Assembly (NCBI GenBank): GCA_025362035.1 | Contig: JANYIN010000051.1 | Span: forward strand, 6,016 to 70,015 | Source: Gemmatimonadaceae bacterium | GTDB taxonomy: Bacteria > Gemmatimonadota > Gemmatimonadetes > Gemmatimonadales > Gemmatimonadaceae | Reading direction: 5' to 3' | DNA: 64,000 nt | Part shown: positions 9,148 to 18,838 of the stretch, piece after piece | How positions within the stretch are numbered: position 1 is the stretch's first letter | Layout: each line of letters begins with the position of its first letter | Notes under the pieces: model-generated | Database searches by the model: none | Told to the model about the DNA's origin: nothing | Seen by the model: only the letters and a program-made list of their open reading frames with translations | Program-made: the position numbers and the translations under genes

Positions 9148-10050
9148 TCACGGAGTCAGATCCGACCGATACCCAGTGGCAAAACCCATGAACCTCGAGA
9201 CGTCCACGATCGTGCGCCCCGTGTACCGGATCGTGTGCGCATCCACGCGCTCGACTCCCGGCATGTACGCCATCATCTCTGCTGGCGTGTAGTTCTTGTA
9301 CGTCAGGTCGAGCTGCACCGGAGCGCGCACTGTGTAAGGCTTCATCTCGTTCAGCCGGGTTATCGCCGTCCGCGCCGCCAGGCGAATGATCGCCTGCGAC
9401 GCCTCCGGTGGCATCGTGGCCGCCGCATGAAACGAGATCGCGCGCTTTACCACGGCGCCTTCGGCGGCGGGAGCCAGATCCCTGAGCTCTGCCACGGCAT
9501 CCGCGTCACCCGAAATGAGCGCGACGGGCACGCCGAAGTACCCGGCGATCGCGGCGTTCAACCCCGATTCAGCCGAGGACTTCCCGTTGATACGCACGGC
9601 TGCAAAGGTCGCACTCGAAATCGTGTGCGCACGCACACCGCGTCCGTTCGTCGTTGCCGCGTGATATCCGATGAAGAACGCCGCAGCAAAGGACGAGTCG
9701 ATCCCTTCCATCATTCCCAGGGGACGAGGCGAACCGCGAATGATCGTGACGTCGGCAGGAAAGCGATCGATGAGGAGATTCTGCTCGTTACCGTGTGAGT
9801 CTGCCACGACGAACTGCGTCGCGCCGCCCGCCCGCGCCCCGTCGATGGCTGCCATCGCCTCGGCCGTCATGTACTCGCGGAAGCGCGCATATTCGAAGCC
9901 GGCGGGACTCAACTGCTCGGCGGTCACCACGCCGCCAATGCCTTCCATGTCGACGGAGATGAATACCTTCACGGGACGCTGTGCGTGCAGTGAGGGAGTG
10001 GCGGCGGTCAACAGCACGACGCATAGGGCCTTCAACAGGTGCGATGTCAT
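9148..10050 (-). CDS. dppA: D-aminopeptidase DppA family (peptidase M55), secreted
   Basis: 'VFISVDMEGIGGV' and 'VVADSHGNEQN' M55 blocks. Start set at ATG 10050 ('MTSHLLKALCVVLLTAATPSLHAQ' signal). The 537-aa ORF reaching 10761 is an Arg/Pro-rich artefactual extension overlapping sthA. Confidence 0.8.
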   Translation of the reverse strand: MTSHLLKALCVVLLTAATPSLHAQRPVKVFISVDMEGIGGVVTAEQLSPAGFEYARFREYMTAEAMAAIDGARAGGATQFVVADSHGNEQNLLIDRFPADVTIIRGSPRPLGMMEGIDSSFAAAFFIGYHAATTNGRGVRAHTISSATFAAVRINGKSSAESGLNAAIAGYFGVPVALISGDADAVAELRDLAPAAEGAVVKRAISFHAAATMPPEASQAIIRLAARTAITRLNEMKPYTVRAPVQLDLTYKNYTPAEMMAYMPGVERVDAHTIRYTGRTIVDVSRFMGFATGYRSDLTP

Positions 10051-10259
10051 GTGGGGCGGCGGGAGAGGAGCCGGCCTGCGGTCGCGTCGAATAGAAAGCT
10101 TCTGGCGAGCAACCGCCAGACTGGTTTGCGCGCCAAACGAAGCGATGGTGCGCGAGCACGCCAGCCTGGGAGGCTTTCCGGCCGATCGCGTGCTGGAGAT
10201 CAAGGCGATCATCGATCCCATGACGGCGGAGTAGCTGACTCCTGGGGCAGGAACCCCGC

Positions 10260-11645
10260 TCAGGACGCGAACTTGTTCGCTGCGTTCAGGGCGGCGACCT
10301 TGTAACACTCGGCCAACGTGGGGTAGTTGAACACGGTGTCGAGGAAATAATCCAACCCCGCGCCGAGGCCGAACACCGCCTGGCCGATGTGCAGCAGTTC
10401 CGTGGCCCCGGTGCCCATGATGTGCACGCCCAACAGTCGGCGATCGTCGCGGTGGAACAGGAGTTTGAGGAACCCGCTGTCGTCGCCGAGGATGTTGCCG
10501 CGCGCAATCTCGCGATAGCGGGCGACCCCGACCTCGTACGGAATCCGGTTCTTCGTGAGCTCGTGCTCCGGCGCGCCCACCATGCTCACTTCGGGTATCG
10601 CATACAGGCCAATCGGGAAATGCGAGGACATCGGGCGTGCCAAGGCGCCGAACGCGTGGCAGGCGGCCAGCCTCCCCTGCTCTCCTGACGTCGCGGCGAG
10701 ACTCGGATAGCCGATGATGTCGCCCACGGCATAGATGTGCGGCACCTCCGTGCGGTAGCACGCGTCCACACTCAGGCGGCCGCGGTCGTCCGCGGATATG
10801 CCGGCCTTCTCGAGACCCAGCCCAGCGGTGGCGCCAATTCGCCCGACCGTGAACAACACCATGTCCGACACGATGCGTTTGCCGGACTCCGTCATGATCG
10901 CGACGCGCTTGGCCGCCCCGTCGAGCATCTCGACACTCGCCACCCCCTCGTTCGGCCGATAGGCGACGTTCATCTGTCGCAGTTGATGCAGCAGTTCATC
11001 CACAATTTCGGCGTCGAGAAACTCGAGCGGGCGCTCTCGCCGATCGATCAGCGTGACGTTCACGCCGAGCGCCCCGAACATCGACGCGTATTCCACCCCG
11101 ATCACGCCTGCGCCCACCACGGTGAGTGACTGTGGCACGCGGGTGATCTGTCCGACGTCATCACTGGTGAGCACGAGATCGCCGTCCGCCACGGCATTCG
11201 GCGGCGCGGTGGGGACCGTGCCGACCGCAATGACGATGTTGTCTCCTTCGATGAGCCGGGGACCGTGTTCGGTGTCCACCGACACCGTGTGCGGATCTAC
11301 GAACGTCGCACGACCCGTCGCGACTTCCACGCCGTTGCGGCCCAGTTGGTTGGCGATGACGTCCGCTTCGCGCCGCATCACCTGATCCACGCGCGCGATC
11401 AACTCGGCCGCCGTGGGACGAGCACGACCGCGTGCGACACCGTGGCCCATCAGCGCCGACGGCGCGGCAAGCGAGATGACCGCCTCTCGAAAGGTCTTGC
11501 TGGGAATCGTGCCGGTATCGACGCACACTCCGCCCACCGAAGCTCGGCGCTCGATGATGACGGCACGGCGGCCCAGCTTGGCCGTCTGCACCGCCGCCCG
11601 TTGCCCCGCCGGACCGCTTCCAATACAGATCATGTCGTATCGCAT
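10260..11645 (-). CDS. sthA: Soluble pyridine nucleotide transhydrogenase (Si-specific), FAD/NAD disulfide-oxidoreductase fold
   Basis: 'MICIGSGPAGQRAA' FAD motif. 'GGVCVDTGTIPSKTFREA' has a single Cys instead of the CxxxxC disulfide, as in SthA. Start could be ATG 11645 or 11702. Confidence 0.7.
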   Translation of the reverse strand: MRYDMICIGSGPAGQRAAVQTAKLGRRAVIIERRASVGGVCVDTGTIPSKTFREAVISLAAPSALMGHGVARGRARPTAAELIARVDQVMRREADVIANQLGRNGVEVATGRATFVDPHTVSVDTEHGPRLIEGDNIVIAVGTVPTAPPNAVADGDLVLTSDDVGQITRVPQSLTVVGAGVIGVEYASMFGALGVNVTLIDRRERPLEFLDAEIVDELLHQLRQMNVAYRPNEGVASVEMLDGAAKRVAIMTESGKRIVSDMVLFTVGRIGATAGLGLEKAGISADDRGRLSVDACYRTEVPHIYAVGDIIGYPSLAATSGEQGRLAACHAFGALARPMSSHFPIGLYAIPEVSMVGAPEHELTKNRIPYEVGVARYREIARGNILGDDSGFLKLLFHRDDRRLLGVHIMGTGATELLHIGQAVFGLGAGLDYFLDTVFNYPTLAECYKVAALNAANKFAS

Positions 11646-11841
11646 ATCCTTCAAGTATCGCTCCGAACTCCCAAACGGTGAGTGGAAGGCGTCAAATTGC
11701 ACTCGATCTACCGCCCCAGGGGCTGTCGCTCCGATCGCCTCCGCTGACCATCCAAGTCGTTACGAACCATCGATTTCACTCGGCGTGCGCCGGCGCTAGC
11801 CTTCCAGTGATCTGCAGCAAGCGAGCCGACGCGAGGACAGC

Positions 11842-12804
11842 ATGGTCCGGCACGACCCCTTGAAGAACTCGGTGGACAGCGTCGCCCTCGCGATCGCCAC
11901 GTCACTGCTGCACAAGGCGAAATTGGCGGGGCGCGACATGATCCACGCTCGCCGATTGAAGGAAGTCGACCCGGACGCCGTACACGCGTTCCGCGTGGCA
12001 TCGCGCCGGTTGCGCGCATGGCAGCGGGCGTACGCGCCGTGGCTCGGCGATGCGTCCTCGAAGAAGATGCGCCGACGCCTGCGCGATATCGCTCGCGCTA
12101 CGAACGCAAGCCGAGACACCGCCGTGCAGTTGGCGTGGCTCGCTCGACAGCGACGCCGGATTGCGGCCCGGCGGCGGCCTGCCGTCGATCGCCTCATTGC
12201 AAAGCTCGAGCTGCATCAGATCGAGCACTCCGCGGACGCATTGGAAGCGGCTCGCGACTTTCGCGCGTTGGCCGACGCACTGGCCCGCCGGCTGAAGCGG
12301 GCGGATCCCGAGGCTCCCCGGTCCGATGAGCCGTTCGGGGCGGCCGCCGCTCGGCTCATCCGAACCCACACGGCCGAACTGCGCCGACGGCTGCGGCGCA
12401 TACGCGGCGCCGCCGGCGAAGAGGAAGCGCACCAGGCCCGCATCGCGGCCAAGCGCGTCCGATACCTTCTCGAGCCGGTCGTCAAGTGGCACAGTGGCGG
12501 CAGGGGCACGTCCGCGGCGCGCATCGTTGCGCAGCTGAGGCAACTGCAGGACGCCCTCGGTGACCTGCATGACGTTCAGGTGCTTGAAAAGCTGTTGTCG
12601 AAGGAAGAGAAGTTCGACGGCCTGACCGCCATCGCCGCCACCCTTCGACGCCGGAGCAGGCGCGCCTTTCATTGCGTGGAGCACGACTGGCGAGGAGACG
12701 CTTCGGCCCCTTTCTTCAGCGACGTGGCGGCATGCTGCGCCGACCTTACACGCCGCGCAGGGGCGCCGGCACCACGAGGAGCGAACGCCCGCACTCCGCA
12801 ATGA
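11842..12804 (+). CDS. CHAD domain-containing protein
   Basis: Repeated helical, Arg-rich 'HAFRVASRRLRAW', 'HQARIAAKRVRYLLE' and 'LQDALGDLHDVQV' blocks typical of CHAD. Confidence 0.75.
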   Translation: MVRHDPLKNSVDSVALAIATSLLHKAKLAGRDMIHARRLKEVDPDAVHAFRVASRRLRAWQRAYAPWLGDASSKKMRRRLRDIARATNASRDTAVQLAWLARQRRRIAARRRPAVDRLIAKLELHQIEHSADALEAARDFRALADALARRLKRADPEAPRSDEPFGAAAARLIRTHTAELRRRLRRIRGAAGEEEAHQARIAAKRVRYLLEPVVKWHSGGRGTSAARIVAQLRQLQDALGDLHDVQVLEKLLSKEEKFDGLTAIAATLRRRSRRAFHCVEHDWRGDASAPFFSDVAACCADLTRRAGAPAPRGANARTPQ

Positions 12805-12906
12805 GTGCGGTCGTGACCGGCTTAATCGCTCTCCGGTCTGCCGTGTACTGCTGACGTGCCCCGAGCGCAATCAGGCCCGAATCGGGGCGACGGGCGATCG
12901 CCGGTG

Positions 12907-13617
12907 TCACACGATCACGCGCATGTAGTGGCATCCCGCATCCTGTGCCGCCGAGACGGCGAAGACTCCGTTCGGCATCACGTACACGCCTGACAAGACG
13001 TGGCGTCGCACCTCGGCCAGGGCGACCGTCGCGCTGTAGCGCGTTTCCTTCTTGGCCAGCCGATTCGCGATGCCGGTCAGTGCGATGTTGCATGTCAGCA
13101 CGATCGCGCCACGCTGTATCAGGGCGTCGAGCGCACTGTCTCCGTCAACAACCGAGTGCTTGTCGTCCGGCTTGAAGTTGATGAACGGATTGCGTCGCGC
13201 TGCATCGCCGGTGGTCGGATCCTTGAGTTTGTACGTCTCGCCAAACGACAACCGGTCCCACATCGAGTCCCCTAGCACCATGGCCGAAGCCGCGTGCCGC
13301 AGGATGAGCACGGGCGTGATCTCGCGAGACGCGATGCCGAGTTCTTTGTACCCGCTGAAGAGCGCATCGGCATACGCCAGCGCCGCGCCCGAGTAGACCT
13401 CGGGAGAATCGTACGCCGTTCGGTAGCGCGAGAGCCGATCCTTCCAACTCATGTCCCAGACGCTGGCGCCGGTTGCCGGCGGGGCGATGTGCTCCGACCT
13501 GCCCCCCGCCGCGGCCACCGCGCATCCGCCAAGCAGACTGGTGCCGGCGGCCACCGCGCCCGCGCCGATGAGCTGGTGAAGAAAGTCTCTGCGTTGCTGA
13601 TCGTGTCGTTCGGTCAT
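12907..13617 (-). CDS. Tat-signal protein of unknown function
   Basis: Twin-arginine leader 'QQRRDFLHQLIGAGAVAAGTSLLGGCAV'. The mature part is not recognised; a faint DsrE-like 'GAIVLTCNIAL' is not sufficient for a call. Confidence 0.6.
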   Translation of the reverse strand: MTERHDQQRRDFLHQLIGAGAVAAGTSLLGGCAVAAAGGRSEHIAPPATGASVWDMSWKDRLSRYRTAYDSPEVYSGAALAYADALFSGYKELGIASREITPVLILRHAASAMVLGDSMWDRLSFGETYKLKDPTTGDAARRNPFINFKPDDKHSVVDGDSALDALIQRGAIVLTCNIALTGIANRLAKKETRYSATVALAEVRRHVLSGVYVMPNGVFAVSAAQDAGCHYMRVIV

Positions 13618-13737
13618 CGGGGTCTCCCGCGTGGGGCAGCTGTGGTGCGATACCCAGTATCCGTTGAAAGTTTCCGACGCTCCGCTGAGATCGCCGGTAG
13701 CTCGGCAAACAATGCCGGAGTACGCGGATAATTGAAG

Positions 13738-13766
13738 ACGGCAGGCACCTGAGAAGTGCCTGCCGT
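13738..13766 (-). terminator. Intrinsic-terminator-like hairpin downstream of the propeller gene
   Basis: Perfect 11-bp stem ACGGCAGGCAC/GTGCCTGCCGT with a 7-nt loop. The minus-strand tail is CUUCAAUUAU (moderately U-rich). It lies ~90 nt after the stop at 13856. Confidence 0.6.
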
Positions 13767-13855
13767 TTCAGTCTTGCACGCAACGCTTTCGCGTCGTGGA
13801 ACGTCCCGCGGACTCCGCGCGCACTACGCCGGTGGGCGCCCCGCGGGATCGGACG

Positions 13856-14893
13856 TCAGTGGCTGACCACGATGAACCAGGACCCGATCATCGGGCCGCG
13901 GGGAGCCCGGCCGCCGGCCGGTGCCACTGCTCCAGCTGGTGCGGGGCCAAACTCCGGCGTATATGCGTACGCGACGTGCCTTACGTCGTCCACCGCAACC
14001 GTCTTTGCGCCGGGGAACGTCTTGACCGTGCCGACCACGGTGTACTTGTTCGGCGAGTCCTCGTGCACAACCGTGAAGTCGCCATCGCGGCCCGCGGGGA
14101 TGTACATCAGCTTTTCCGCCTGGTCCCAAGCCAGTGCATCGACGCCGTCCCCGTTCTTGATCTGCGCTACGACCTTGCCCGTGCGGGCATCCACCACGAC
14201 GGACGTCTTGCCACAGGCGGCAAAGATGCGCTGCGAGGTGCGATCCATGGCGATGCCCGTGGGGCCGTCGCACGCCTCGATGCTCCAGTTGGAAACCACC
14301 TTCCACGTGTGCGTGTCGATCACGTCGATGGAGTTCTTGTCCTCGATGTTGATGAAGATGCGACCCTTGCCGTCGCTGACGCCGCCCTCAGGGCCCATGC
14401 CGTTCAACTTGACCGTCGCCACCACGTCACCCGTGGACGGATCGACGACCACCGCCGTTCCGGAGGGATGGCTATGGTTGATCGACAGGATCTTGTCCGT
14501 CGCGTCGTCGTACATGATGCCGTCGGCGCCATCGATGCCCAGGTGGACCTTCTTGATGACGGCCAGCGTGGCGAGGTTGAACATCGTCAGCGTGGAGTCG
14601 CCGCCGTTGGTCGTGAATCCGTGGTTGGACTTCGGCGCGAACGCGATGCCATGAACGCGCGGCGTGTCCATGATGTCGCCGACCACCTTGCCGGTGGCGC
14701 CGTCCACGACCATGACGTGCGTGCCACGCGAGATGAATACGCGACCCGTGGAGGCCTCCGCGGTCAGATAGTCAGTTCCGCCAGCGCCCCCAATGTCGAA
14801 CTTCTTCATGGTGAACGTCTGCGCGGACCCGACGACCGGGAGCGCGAGAGCAGTGGCCAGTGCGGCCGCAAAGGCGATGCGGGAACGACTCAT
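13856..14893 (-). CDS. YncE/YVTN-type beta-propeller repeat protein, secreted
   Basis: Signal peptide 'MSRSRIAFAAALATALALPVVGSAQ' (ATG 14893). Repeated ~40-aa blades ('GTHVMVVDGATGKVVG', 'LTMFNLATLAVIKKV', 'IDVIDTHTWKVV'). Confidence 0.75.
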   Translation of the reverse strand: MSRSRIAFAAALATALALPVVGSAQTFTMKKFDIGGAGGTDYLTAEASTGRVFISRGTHVMVVDGATGKVVGDIMDTPRVHGIAFAPKSNHGFTTNGGDSTLTMFNLATLAVIKKVHLGIDGADGIMYDDATDKILSINHSHPSGTAVVVDPSTGDVVATVKLNGMGPEGGVSDGKGRIFINIEDKNSIDVIDTHTWKVVSNWSIEACDGPTGIAMDRTSQRIFAACGKTSVVVDARTGKVVAQIKNGDGVDALAWDQAEKLMYIPAGRDGDFTVVHEDSPNKYTVVGTVKTFPGAKTVAVDDVRHVAYAYTPEFGPAPAGAVAPAGGRAPRGPMIGSWFIVVSH

Positions 14894-15020
14894 ATGAACC
14901 TCATGGGTGTTGGACGCGTGGCGGAGTTCAATAAGAAGAATACCCACTGAACCTGTCGAGAGCATGACAGTTTGCGTATCATCCCAACCGATACGAGCTC
15001 GACACACTAGAGACTACCAG

Positions 15021-16925
15021 ATGGCTGATTCTCAGCAGTTCGACGGCGACATCCGCGCCGCACTGGAGGCCACGTACGCTCTGGAGCGTGAGCTCATGGG
15101 CGGCGGTATGAGTCGTGTCTTTCTGGCCACCGAGCGATCCCTCAGTCGCCGCGTGGTGATCAAGGTGCTGCCGCCGGAGCTCGCTGCCGGCGTGAACCGC
15201 GATCGGTTCCGTCAGGAGATCCAGATGGCGGCGCAGCTCCAGCACCCGCACATCGTCCCGCTCTATGCGGCAGGCGAGTACGGGGATCTCCTGTACTACA
15301 CGATGCCGTTCATCGAGGGTGAATCGCTGCGCCACGCTTTGTACAGCGATGCTCCCGTTCGATTTGCGGTCCGTGACGTCGTGCACATCCTGCATGACGT
15401 CGTCGACGCGCTGGCCTATGCACATGCGCGAGGCGTGATCCACCGCGACATCAAGCCCGGTAACGTCCTGCGCAGTGGGACCCATGCCGTCGTCACGGAC
15501 TTCGGCGTCGCGAAAGCCATTTCGGTGTCGCGCCCGCTCTCGGGTGTGACGATGACGGGCATGGCGGTCGGAACACCTGCCTATATGGCGCCCGAGCAGC
15601 TCGCCGGCGATCCGGCGGCCGACCATCGGATGGACATCTACGCAGTGGGCCTGTTGGCGTACGAACTCCTCACGGGCGTTGCGCCGTTCTCGTCCCCGTC
15701 TCCCCAGCAGACACTGACGGCGCAACTCACACGCGACCCTCCGCCCATTGACAAGGTACGGAGCGACGTCCCCCCGGGGTTGTCGGCGCTCATCATGCGA
15801 TGCCTGGCGAAGCTGCCCGACAACCGTCCGCCCGATGCCGCCTCGCTGCTGAGGGAACTCGAGGCCGTCGCTCCCGATTCGGGGGATTTTCCGGCACGGC
15901 CTCGGGTGTCGCGCCAATACCTGGCCGTGGGCGCTCTGGCGTTGGTCGCCGCGGCGGCCGTTTTCGTGTCGACGCGCGCCGCGGCACCCAGTAAGGCAGA
16001 CAGCCCACCGGCGAAAACGGGGTCAGTGACGACTGTGCCGCGCCCGGCGACGGTAACGCATGGGCCGGCGCCCATTCCCCTGCTCACGCGCGCCGAGTCA
16101 CTGGCCATCGCCGCTGCCATTGCGCGCAAGATGCAACAGACGACAATCGCGGCCCCGCTCGTGGCGCAGGGCCTGACGCGGGAGCAGATCGCCCAGGTGG
16201 CAGACTCGCTGCGCGCCGCCATCCAGAGCGCGGTCATCGACTCGTTCATGAAGCTGCAGCGGGGAGTGCCACCGGCCCCCGGCGGCGATCGATTCGGCGC
16301 GCGAGGCGCCGCCGCCGACGCGCGCACCGCGACGAGCGCATTCGACGAGGGGAACCGAGTGGGCCGCGGATTCTCGCCGCGCGACCCCTCACTCTCGCGC
16401 GAAGCGTTCGGCGAGCGCGCGTCGAATCCCGGGCCACCGCGGCGAGTGTTTGTTTCCATTCCCGCGCCGACCCGACGTGACCCGGATGTGGACGCGGCGG
16501 CCGTCTCAGTGATGGACTCGCTGCGTCGGCGCCTGGCACAGTCCCGGCGCTTTGTCGTCGTGGACCGCGATTCCGTGCAACTGGCACTGTCGCGGTCTGC
16601 GGTCACCGACTCCCTGGCCACCCTGCTGAAAGTGGACGTCTTTGCGTCCCTCTATCCCCAGGTGGGGCGTGACAGCACGGTGCGCTGGACCCTCAGGCTC
16701 CACGACCTGAGCGCCAATCCGTCGTTTGGGAATCGTTCCGTCGTGGTCAAGGTGCCACGCGATTCCCTGCTCGCCGCCATCGACTCCCTCCTCCGCGGCG
16801 CAACGCGCTCCCTCGACGAAATGGATCGCGCCCCACGCAGGCGGCCAGGCGAACCGCAGGGCGGCCATCCGACGCTGCCCACGCCCGTCCCGCCGATGCC
16901 GATGAGTCCGTCGGCCGGTCGATGA
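15021..16925 (+). CDS. Hanks-type serine/threonine protein kinase, single-pass membrane
   Basis: 'VVIKVL', 'VIHRDIKPGNVL', 'VTDFGVAKA' and 'GTPAYMAPEQ' are all intact. TM helix 'YLAVGALALVAAAAVFV' is followed by a ~300-aa extracytoplasmic tail. Start at ATG 15021. Confidence 0.9.
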   Translation: MADSQQFDGDIRAALEATYALERELMGGGMSRVFLATERSLSRRVVIKVLPPELAAGVNRDRFRQEIQMAAQLQHPHIVPLYAAGEYGDLLYYTMPFIEGESLRHALYSDAPVRFAVRDVVHILHDVVDALAYAHARGVIHRDIKPGNVLRSGTHAVVTDFGVAKAISVSRPLSGVTMTGMAVGTPAYMAPEQLAGDPAADHRMDIYAVGLLAYELLTGVAPFSSPSPQQTLTAQLTRDPPPIDKVRSDVPPGLSALIMRCLAKLPDNRPPDAASLLRELEAVAPDSGDFPARPRVSRQYLAVGALALVAAAAVFVSTRAAAPSKADSPPAKTGSVTTVPRPATVTHGPAPIPLLTRAESLAIAAAIARKMQQTTIAAPLVAQGLTREQIAQVADSLRAAIQSAVIDSFMKLQRGVPPAPGGDRFGARGAAADARTATSAFDEGNRVGRGFSPRDPSLSREAFGERASNPGPPRRVFVSIPAPTRRDPDVDAAAVSVMDSLRRRLAQSRRFVVVDRDSVQLALSRSAVTDSLATLLKVDVFASLYPQVGRDSTVRWTLRLHDLSANPSFGNRSVVVKVPRDSLLAAIDSLLRGATRSLDEMDRAPRRRPGEPQGGHPTLPTPVPPMPMSPSAGR

Positions 16926-17713
16926 ACGTTCTCATCGTCGACGACGAACCGCACGCCCGAAAGCGCATTCGACGGCTGCTCGCGGACTACCCCGATGTCG
17001 TGGTCGTGGCCGAAAGCAACTCGGGGCCGTCGGCGCTCGAGGCGGCCCGGACCCACCGGGTGGATGTCATTCTGCTGGATGTGCAGATGGCTGGCATGGA
17101 CGGTTTCGAGGTCGTCCGCGCGCTGGCCAATGGGGACCCTCCCATCGTGGTCTTCGTGACGGCGCACGACACCCATGCGCTCCGCGCCTTCGAGGTGGCC
17201 GCCATTGACTACGTGGTCAAACCGGTTCGCAAAGAACGCTTGGTCGCCGCCCTGGACCGCGCCCGCGCGCTCCTGGCCTCGCGGGAGTCGGCCGCGGTTG
17301 GCGAGCGACTGCAGAAGATGCTCGCCGAGCTCGGAGCCAACGCGAGGAGCGGTGTACCACCCGCGCTCCCACACCACCACGGCGCGGCGCGCCTGGAAGT
17401 CCGTGACGGTGAAAGCATCGTTTTTCTGCCTGTCGCGGAAATCGATTGGCTCGAAGCGGACGGTCCCATCGTCCGCGTGCACGCCGGCCGCGCGGTGTAC
17501 GGCGTACGCGACACGCTTTCCCGCATGGAGGAGTCGCTGGACCAGGCGACATTCGTCCGCATCCACCGCTCGTTCATCGTGAATCTGGAGCGCGTCCGTG
17601 AATTGCAGCCGTGGTTCGGCGGCGACGCGATCCTGGTGCTGCGCGAAGGGCAGAAGCTCAAGGTCTCGCGAACCTACCGGACGCAACTGCGCGACCGATT
17701 GAACGCGGTGTGA
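16922..17713 (+). CDS. Two-component response regulator, LytR/AlgR (LytTR DNA-binding) family
   Basis: Receiver 'MNVLIVDDEPHAR...VILLDVQMAGMDG' plus LytTR 'FVRIHRSFIVNLERV'. Its ATG overlaps the kinase stop (ATGA, 16922-16925). Confidence 0.9.
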   Translation: MNVLIVDDEPHARKRIRRLLADYPDVVVVAESNSGPSALEAARTHRVDVILLDVQMAGMDGFEVVRALANGDPPIVVFVTAHDTHALRAFEVAAIDYVVKPVRKERLVAALDRARALLASRESAAVGERLQKMLAELGANARSGVPPALPHHHGAARLEVRDGESIVFLPVAEIDWLEADGPIVRVHAGRAVYGVRDTLSRMEESLDQATFVRIHRSFIVNLERVRELQPWFGGDAILVLREGQKLKVSRTYRTQLRDRLNAV

Positions 17714-17742
17714 GAACGCCGCGCGGACCGAGCGGCACCCCG

Positions 17743-18606
17743 TTAGGCCAGACGCCGCTCGGGCAGGGCAAGTCGCGCACGCCGAGCCGAATCCATCCAG
17801 TAAATCCGTGAGTACTGTCCTGGGGGAACGCCAACCACCCGCTTGAACCGCCGCGTGAGATGGCTCTGGTCGCTGAACCCGGTGAGATAGGCGACATCGG
17901 AGATTCGCGCGCCCTGCTGCAGCATGTCCTTCGCGCGATTGATGCGTACCAGTTCGAGATACATGTACGGCGGCAGCCCGTAAGCCCGCCGGAACTGCCG
18001 GATGAGATGGAAGGGGCTCACGCCGGCCAGCGCGGCGAGTTCCGCCAGAGTGACGGCATGCGCAAAGTGGACTTCGAGGTACTCGCGCACGCGCGCCAGC
18101 GGCACCGACCCGACGCGCGCCACCGGCCGCGGCTCGATGTCCGCGTGGCGTTCGCAGAGACGGTGTAGCGTGTCGGCAAGCATGCTGGCCTGCCGAAGCA
18201 CGTCCCGATCCGTCTCCAACAGGCGGTGCATCTCGACCATCTGCGTTGCGAGATCGGCGTCGGCATAATGCGAGTGTGCAAACATGGGCGCGGTGACGCC
18301 ATCCGCGCCGAACCGCGTCATCAATTCGATGGGGAGATACAACATCCGATAGCTCCACCCCGCGCCATCCACGGGCTCACCCGTATGCACCTCGAACGGC
18401 TCCAGCGTGATCACGTCGCCAGCGCGGTGGATCACGTCGGTGCCGCGATAGCGGAGCCGCGCTGCACCACGTTCAAGTACTCCCACAGCGTACGTCTCGT
18501 GGAGATGCGGCGCGAAGCGCTGCCGGACGTAGGTACCGCTGAGCATCTCGAATGGCTCGTCGCACCGGGCAAGCATGACCTGCGCCGTCTCGTCGTCATG
18601 TGACAT
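17743..18606 (-). CDS. AraC-family transcriptional regulator (cupin-type N-terminal domain)
   Basis: C-terminal HTH pair 'LAELAALAGVSPFHLIRQFRRAYGLPP' and 'ISDVAYLTGFSDQSHLTRRFKRVVGVPPGQY'. Confidence 0.9.
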   Translation of the reverse strand: MSHDDETAQVMLARCDEPFEMLSGTYVRQRFAPHLHETYAVGVLERGAARLRYRGTDVIHRAGDVITLEPFEVHTGEPVDGAGWSYRMLYLPIELMTRFGADGVTAPMFAHSHYADADLATQMVEMHRLLETDRDVLRQASMLADTLHRLCERHADIEPRPVARVGSVPLARVREYLEVHFAHAVTLAELAALAGVSPFHLIRQFRRAYGLPPYMYLELVRINRAKDMLQQGARISDVAYLTGFSDQSHLTRRFKRVVGVPPGQYSRIYWMDSARRARLALPERRLA

Positions 18607-18838
18607 GGTGGCATCTCGCAGCGAGGCGTGAGTGTGGGAACTTCACGACGAGTTGGACACCCGGATCTCCCGGAACGTCGCAGCGCGCGGACGAGGCGCG
18701 CGATTCACGGCACGAAACGCACTTTCCCCTCCACGAGACGTAGCCTGACGGGACATCCCTGTTCGCGCGAGGGCGTGCCGGTCCGCCGGCATCGCGACGA
18801 GCGTTGCGTAGTCGCTGCGGTTCCCGTTAGTTCCAGAC

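Noticed and set aside
9148-10761. 537-aa ORF suggesting a much longer DppA-like protein.
   Set aside because: The N-terminal 237 aa are Arg/Pro/Gly-rich junk typical of an off-frame GC-rich read, and they overlap the 3' end of sthA. A proper signal peptide starts at ATG 10050.
12858-12888. Hairpin GCCCCGA...TCGGGGC between the convergent CHAD and Tat-protein genes, as a possible bidirectional terminator.
   Set aside because: It has only a 7-bp stem with a 17-nt loop and no U/A tracts, so it is too weak to call.
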